Positions 56,508-64,000 of a DNA stretch of 64,000 nt are shown in pieces; positions within the stretch are counted from its first letter, which is position 1; each line of letters starts with the position of its first letter. Source of the stretch: Bugula neritina (lineage: Eukaryota; Animalia; Bryozoa); the NCBI GenBank assembly GCA_964035545.1, contig OZ037768.1, positions 11,936,741-12,000,740 of the forward strand, given 5' to 3'. Position numbers and translations under genes: made by a program. The notes below the pieces were generated by a model that ran no database searches, had not been told where the DNA came from, and saw only the letters and a program-made list of their open reading frames with translations.

Positions 56508-56761
56508 TCCACATACTGATAGTGATACTCATACTCATAGACAGGATTAAATTCTTGTTCACAGTTCAGTCAATACAGCTTAAACAGAACTAAATGTATG
56601 ACTATTGACCAATGACTGTCCAACATAATACCCATAGGCCATATGCAGCATGCTGGACAGTCATTGGTCTCTAGTCATACATTTAGTCTGGTTGAGCTGT
56701 ATTGACTGAACTGTGAACAAGAATTTAATCCTGTCTATGATTATGAGTTTCAGTATGTGGA
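56508..56761. repeat. Foldback / long inverted repeat (~110-bp arms, ~23-nt loop), possibly a MITE
   Basis: Left arm TCCACATACTGA...CATAGACAGGATTAAATTCTTGTTCACAGTTCAGTCAATACAGCT...GACTGTCCA pairs with the right arm ending TCAGTATGTGGA. Confidence 0.92.
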
Positions 56762-57501
56762 ACATTGTGTGTGGTCATTATGATTATATTATGTTTTTAC
56801 TTCTGACTTCAGTATTTTTCATTTCTTGCTATATTACTAAAGTAATTGGTAATACTAGTAGTAGTATTATTGTGACGTATTTAATATACTGCTTTAACTT
56901 TGCTATAATTATTATTCTGACAATGATGAAGCAAACTTGATATATACTTTTTAGCTCCAAGTGCAACTTACATATACCAAAGGTTGCTACTATGTTGATT
57001 CATTAGATATTGTTGCTTTGCTTTTTTCAAGATAAATTTTGTAAAGTAAAAGTTTGGTATTGACACTACTGCAGTATCTACACCAGATGTTTATGTAGTT
57101 AAATTAGCAGTCAGAAGGCAATAAAATTCTAAAGAAGCTCTTATAGAAGTAGTAGTAGTAGTCTATTTAGTGTAAATGCTTACCACAATTAATAGTGGCT
57201 TTACATTCTGATTTGTAAGTTTTGGATTGGACACTAAAAGAACAAAGTCTAGCAGTTTTGAAATTAGTTGTGACTTAAGTACCCAGACTGTACATTGATT
57301 TTTGCAACACATCCAAAACTTGACTGTCTGTTCATAAAAGATTGCATTGTTTATGCTTTGACCGATTTCACTAAAAAGTCGCGCATTATATTTGGTTGTG
57401 TTGGTCTGTGAAAAATTGCACATCTTGCAGTTAGGTGAAACGTTGATAAATTCAAATTTTTACAATTCACGTGAGTAAAAGTTACTTTATATTTTAGTAA
57501 A

Positions 57502-59732
57502 ATGCTCACTCAAATAAAAAAACTTACTCTACAAATATTTACTGCTAATAACAGACAGAGATGTATATGTTATATGATTTCTGGAAGACATCTGCTGCCT
57601 ACATCTACTCCACAGCGCTGCTACTCTAATCTAAAAGATAATCTGGAACTAAGGTAGTTTTTCATTATTCGAATGAATTATCTGTATTTCTGTTGCCACA
57701 AAACGCTGTTTAAAAGACTGTTTTTGAGAAGCATTTTTATTTCAATAATTTCAAATGTTATTTAAAGCATGAAACATGGCTGGCTTGTCTGCTTGATTAC
57801 AATAAACTGCATATAATCATAAATCTTTGCAGCAAATCTATTTTTATCAAACTCACATTTTTTACTTTGGTTTTGTGTCCATTGTTTTACAAGCTTAGAT
57901 GGAAGCAGTCTGCTATGATCTAGTAGTCTAGTATATCGTCGAATAAATTGATCAGGGTTATGTGCTTTGTACACCATCATTTTGCCAATATCAATAGCAA
58001 TTCATTTTTTTTGTACAGAAGCCATCAATGTGGTGAAGTAAATACAGATGATGTTGGAACAGCTGTGAATTTGTATGGGTGGGTTGAATACAAGAGAGGA
58101 AATAAGTTCTTCACTCTAAGAGATGCTACGGGAAGTTGTCAGATATTGTCCAACATAGATGTGAATCTTCCCTCAAGGGAATCAGTTGTAGCTGTTGAGG
58201 GTACAGTGCAATTGAGACCAGAGAAAGATGTTAATCCGAGAATGGCAACTGGAAAAGTTGAGATTTGTTGCTCCAAATTAAAAGTTCTAAATAGATGCAG
58301 TAAGTTAGCCTTTACACCTAACGTGTTTACTGGAGTTAAAGAAGAAACTAGAATGAGATATAGATACCTCGACATTCGTAGTAAAGTAATGCAGCACAAC
58401 CTTCGACTGAGGTCATCATTTCTTTTAAAAATTAGAAAATATTTATGTGAAGAAAAAGGATTTGTTGATGTTGAGACTCCTACATTATTTCGTAGAACGC
58501 CTGGTGGGGCTCAGGAGTTTGTAGTTCCAACTCAACGGCCAGGTATGTTCTATTCACTTCCGCAAAGCCCGCAGCAATTCAAACAACTGTTGATGGCTGG
58601 AGGCATAGATAGGTATATGCAGATAGCTCGGTGCTATCGAGACGAAGGAGCCAAACCAGATAGACAACCAGAGTTCACTCAGCTTGATCTGGAACTAAGC
58701 TTCTGCACTCAACAACAAATAATGTCAATTATTGAAGATATGCTCGTACAATCTTGGCCTGAGCATTTACCAAAACTAAAAGGTCCATTCTCTCGAATGT
58801 CTCATCACACTGCTATTGAGAAATATGGTGTTGATAAACCAGACACTCGTTTTGAATCTACTATCAAAGATCTTACAGGTGAACTGTCACATTTACCATT
58901 GTTCAGCTGCAATGGTAAGCCTATGGATATTAGGGGAATCAACATTGAAGGTGGTACTCACAGACTAAAATCATCCAACATTAAATACATTCAGCAGACA
59001 GTTGAGAATCTATTTTCTGCCCAAATAAGCGTGGTGAAAATTGGAATGGGTGGTTCCTGGCATTCACCTTTAGCCAAATATGCTGAAAATGATGTAAAGC
59101 AGGCAGTTAGCAAAAAGTTATCAGCGTCGCCTAATGATCTTCTATTTATTAGCCGTGAAGACTCGTGGGAATCGGTTTGCACCATCTTAGGTAAATGTCG
59201 AATCTTAGCCGCACGCCTATCAGCAGATAATGGCCAACCACTTCACGATGATAATCTATTCAACTTTTTATGGATTGAAAATTTTCCTTTATTTGAAAAG
59301 GAAGATAATAGAGTTGTGTCAGCCCATCATCCATTCACTGCTCCGGTTGATGAAGATAGCCACTTATTGACAACTAATCCTTTGCAAGTTAGAGGACAGC
59401 ATTATGATCTTGTATTAAATGGTAGTGAAGTAGGTGGTGGCTCAATAAGAATTCACAATGCTTCAATGCAAAGATATGTTCTAGAATCTGTATTAAATGA
59501 AGACGCTTCGCAGCTTGAACATTTGTTGGAAGCCTTGGATAGTGGGTGCCCTCCACATGGAGGAATAGCCTTAGGCCTGGACAGACTCCTTTCTATTATG
59601 TGCAATGCCCCTAGTATACGCGATGTTATAGCATTTCCTAAGTCACACGAAGGATTAGATCTTATGTCTGGTGCACCCAATAACATTAGTCAAGAAGATT
59701 TAGACCGTTATAATATAGCTATTATCGAATAA
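57502..59732 (+). CDS. DARS2: Mitochondrial aspartyl-tRNA synthetase; exon 1 57502-57653, exon 2 from 57998 (or 58019) to 59732
   Basis: Bacterial-type AspRS motifs (RSHQCGE, LRDATG, RYRYLDIR, ETPTL, LPQSPQQFKQLLM, RCYRDE..PDRQPEFTQLDLE, HHPFTAP, GGSIRIH, PPHGGIALGLDR, IRDVIAFPK); upstream exon encodes a basic, Ser/Thr-rich transit-like peptide joined in phase 2. Confidence 0.95.
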
Positions 59733-60111
59733 ACCATTTAATTTGTTTACTATGTTGCATTTATAGTCACTGACATTAGAATAGGCATATTTTGTAAATT
59801 AATAGCAGTTTGTATTTTATAAAAAGAAAATGATATTACATACATAAATAAACATTTGTGAAAGTATTCAAAATGTTCCAATATTACACCACAACTATTT
59901 GTACTATACACCTCATATTTTACAAGCCTCATGACGGTCCTGAAAACTTTTTTTAATATAATAGAACGAAATTAATAAAGATGTCCTAGTTGTACAGCAG
60001 TTGTAAAACCATGCACTTGACTCCAATCCGCCTAAACTGACTAAAACCCTATAATATTAGTAACGTTTTGAATTTAACTGGCATAGCCTGAAATCCTAAA
60101 TTAGAGTTGAA

Positions 60112-63100
60112 CTATTTATTTGGTTCGTCATCCTCCTCCTCGTCATCACCATCATCAATTTTACGTTGGTGACGCAATGCCTTTCCATAAGCGTCCATCA
60201 CAGACTTCTTTTTATTGGGCTTTTTATTATCACTGAATTTCTGATGATCATAATCAGAATCGACTCCTAGTGGTTCCAACTTGTCTCTTGGTAACCATTG
60301 CCTGTAAATAGGTGAAGTTAAATAAGTGAAGTTAAAACTACTTTCAAATCATGTTCTCAATTGATTGCAACACTTTTTTGACTTCATAAAACTAAAATAT
60401 TTCCAAAGCAAATTTACAACACAAGAGGAAATAGGACTGTTTTGTAACAAAATTCCTTAAAGCGTTACCAAGAAATACAATGTTACTTACCAGGTACGTT
60501 TGGCATCAAAAAATAAAATCAAGTAGACCGGAGTATTAAATTTCTTTTGCAAATCTAGAACATGTGCAGGAGGTTTGGGTATAGGTACTCCATTGAATGT
60601 GTAGCCTTTGGGTATTTTTGGATCAACTATCTAGAAAATTCAGCAAAACATTCAGACAGTACATACATTGGTCATTCAGCAAAACCATACAACAAAACAG
60701 TATTACTTATGTTTATTACAAGATATGAAAAGGATAGGTTTTTACTTTAAAAATCAAACATGGTAGAAACAATTTCACATTGATCATTTTTGTAACGAAT
60801 TTTAAATAAATAATCGAGGGCTGTTGATGTAAAGTAAGACCGGCAATACTTGTTTCTCAAATTATGGAAAAAAACATTGGCATCACTGTTGGGTTTAGAG
60901 CATGCTATCAATGACATTGCCTGATTAAAAATATTTCCTCAATATACTCTAACTCTTGCCTAAACTTGTGTTCTATAGATCTAATAATGATAATAATCGA
61001 ACAGAGGTTGTGGGTGGTAAACTTTCTGAATGCAGCAACAGGTAAATACAGAACTTGTGGCTATCAAGAAATAACCTACCATTGCAGGATACCACGGATA
61101 GCCTCGGCACTTTGCCCAAACAAGATCCAGTGCTGTTAATGGCACTGAATATTTGTCATTAGCACTTCTCAATCTCCTGCCTGAAACAAACCAATGATCT
61201 GTTTTATGTATGAGCCATGTTGGGCAATAATGGTGAAGTTCTTACAACCAAATGCTTGAACATGGTAACAACATATTAAGTTAGCCTGACATGATATCAA
61301 AGTATGGCCTAGTTAGGTCAAACACAAAAAATAATCATACTTGTTCCACTGCTGGTTGATATGCTGCCACCTGGTTTATCTTCTGCAGAAGTTTCATCAG
61401 ATTCTGAGTCACTAACTTCAGTGTCAGTGGTAGATATCTGATCAAGCTCACTATTGCTCAACAACCCAGACACTAGTTCTCCGCGGTATTGTGTAAAACT
61501 CTCTTGCTATACATAGAATAGCTCAATGAAATATTAACATAGTTATTTAAATGAGATTGCTGAATGGAACTATTCTTAAGAGACTTCAAACAGAATAGGA
61601 GAAAAAAGTTTCAGTGATCCAGGTTGTAATGTACAAAACCTGTTTCTACTAACCAATACATACATGCAATAAAAAACTGATCAGTATTTTTTATACAATT
61701 GAACTAAGAACTGCATGACTATTTTGATTATGATGCAAATACTATCAGTAAAAAATTCAATCAATTATGTGCCTTGATACAAGAATATTTGTGCTAAATG
61801 AATTTAATGGCCACTTCTGCAATGCAAGTTTAGTTTGTGCTTAATTATAACAATTTTTAATTATAAATAATAGCCTACGAAGTAACCTTGTTAGTATTAG
61901 GGGCTTTAGTTGGCAGGCACTTTTTACTTTCTGGCTCGCTAAAGTCTGAACCTGCTGACCGTTTTTTAGCCAAACTAGAGATAAATGTAGACGTTGACGG
62001 TTTGCCTGATCCCATCACCTTAAAAAATACAACGACATAATTAATACTGTTTATTTCGAGATTGTCATCAACATATAGATGAGAGGGGAATGAACCATCA
62101 GTAACAGTGAGAGAAAGATTATGGTGAAAAGGAAAGACGACATTACAACATCTACATGTATGTGGTAACACATGACACAACAATTTACCTGTTTTGGGCG
62201 ATTTTGAGATGATTTACTAGCAATTCTTTTTGAGGAAGCAGTTGTGCTATCAGATTCAGTAGCCCCTGCATTATCAGGTTTATGAGAGGTGGATGGTTGA
62301 GCAAGAGGGGACGTGACAGCGTTAGAATGTCGACGGGGGAACTTCTTTTTGAAAACAGACGTTCTACGATTTACCTGCAATAGGATATTATTTGGATAGT
62401 CAGAGATAGTGAGAGAGGCTTTGGGAAGTTAAACAAAGGCTTAGTGCTAGGATTTTAGTAGTACAACATAGAACCACAACAGCATTATAACATACACAAA
62501 GGCCCACTAAACACAAAACTTCTTAGTTCTTGGTTAAAAAAATCTGGTGTCGAAGCAGCTGTAAAAGAAAGCTTTCATTAAAACCCCTAAAGGGACACAC
62601 AGTAAAACCTGTCTAAGGATACAACATCAAATGCATACAAGCAGTCTAATATACACCACAATGCAAACAAATAGCTACAACAACGAAATTGAAACACATA
62701 GAAACTTACAGGCCCCGGAGAAGGGAGAGCTGGGTGGGTAAAACTTGATATTTCAGTAGATCCTGAGCTCACAGATAGTTCATCACCCTTTTTTCGGCTG
62801 ATATTTTCTAATTCCAGCAAATCTATTCGTTATAGAAATCAGTTGATGATCAGCAAATTTTTAACAGCCGATTTTTAAATCGACATCAGCAAATTGAAAA
62901 TAAAATGACCATAAAAGTATATTGAAAACCTCATCAAACTTCCATTACAAAATTATTCAGGCCTTGAGTGCTTTCATTTCCTATGGCAAGTCCATAAACT
63001 TGTTACTTAAACTAAGCTATTTTTTACAACCAACATATATCACCTAACAAAGTCAAATATCTGGAGTACTACGAGCCTCTATATATATCTAGTATAAAAC

Positions 63101-63871
63101 CATAGTTGGAGCTCATTATTTAATAATTGCAGCAAATATTACCTGGCTTTGTTATATCCCTTTTTAGTTTCAGACCCGCCCCAGAGGGAGTACCTCGAGT
63201 TGCGTCTGTATCATCAGCAGATGATTCTGGAAAACACACACACAAAACCAACCGGTAATATAACAGTTCTGTATTAGTTGTGGTTCAAAGTAATACTAGA
63301 CATGTAAGTCATTAGTCTTATTGCAAATACAACTGCTGCTACTAACCATCCATTGTGCTTGGTACTTCGCTAGCGATACCGGCAGCATTTTTTGAAGCAC
63401 TTCTCCGCACATTTAGTATTTCCTTTCTCAAAACCTTAGAGACTCTCCATTTTCTACCTGCGAATCACCAATATTTCAATGACGACAAAGAAGTGTGATG
63501 CATACAAAATTGGCACTTTGTCTATACATTTTTGAAAACCATCACCCATTTTAAAAATCAGAATTTTTGAGAAAAGAAACAAAAAAATTTAAAACAAGAT
63601 CTCTCTTTACTACTAATGCCAGTCTTAGACACCTTTGCAGAGAATAGCCATGTCCAGTTGTTCAGTGAGAGTTTTGAGACGTTCATCTGCGGAGATATTC
63701 TTGCTAGCCAGGTCAGATATAAACTTGTCGACAGTTTCAGAGGAAAGTGAGTGGCTCCTATCTTGTGGATTCACCAGACCATCTGGTCTGTCATCCAGCA
63801 GCAGACCCGTGCCTTCCTCGTAGCCTGTGTACACATACATTCTGTGAGCGGCTCGCAATATCGCACCACCC
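60112..63871 (-). CDS. BRPF1: Peregrin / BRPF family (BRPF1/BRD1/BRPF3), 3' exons including the PWWP domain; gene continues beyond the window
   Basis: LDLVWAKCRGYPWYPAM...NGVPIPKPP...[25 protein letters not shown]; post-bromodomain GGAILRAAHR and SFTQYR motifs; TAG at 60112-60114. Confidence 0.93.
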
Positions 63872-64000
63872 TGCAAACACATTCGAGAACGAATTGAACA
63901 AAATCATCATGCGAACATAAAAATTGGTGACCCAATACTAGAAGATTAAATTTGAAAAGTCAAAGATAAAAATGTGAACATATGAATGTATAGACTCCTG

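Noticed and set aside
57948-59732. Bacterial aspS contamination or recent HGT
   Set aside because: It has an in-phase upstream exon with a transit-like peptide, host-like AT content and animal gene neighbours; mitochondrial AspRS is normally bacterial-type

Overview
AT-rich, intron-rich animal (invertebrate-type) genomic DNA with GT-AG introns; not prokaryotic, no CRISPR. Gene order: 3' end of VPS51 (+); a 5-exon orphan gene (-) with further spliced exons upstream; about 8 kb I could not resolve (~7-15.4 kb); a Mextli-like eIF4E-binding protein gene (+) in which I could not find the N-terminal MIF4G/KH exons; a TMCO6/importin-alpha-like ARM gene (+) whose 6.3-kb intron holds a complete antisense PPEF/rdgC phosphatase gene; a bacterial-style SDR with introns (-); GLG1 (-); a nearly intronless mitochondrial DARS2 (+); and the 3' end of BRPF1/peregrin (-). 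Non-coding elements: a hAT MITE with a perfect 8-bp TSD, three copies of a Mutator-like element with a G-rich core (9-bp TSDs on two), two tRNA-derived SINE heads, a ~250-bp foldback between GLG1 and DARS2, and four tandem repeats, two of which directly abut splice sites. Exon structures were assembled by hand and checked for phase where listed; family calls rest on recalled motifs, not database searches.
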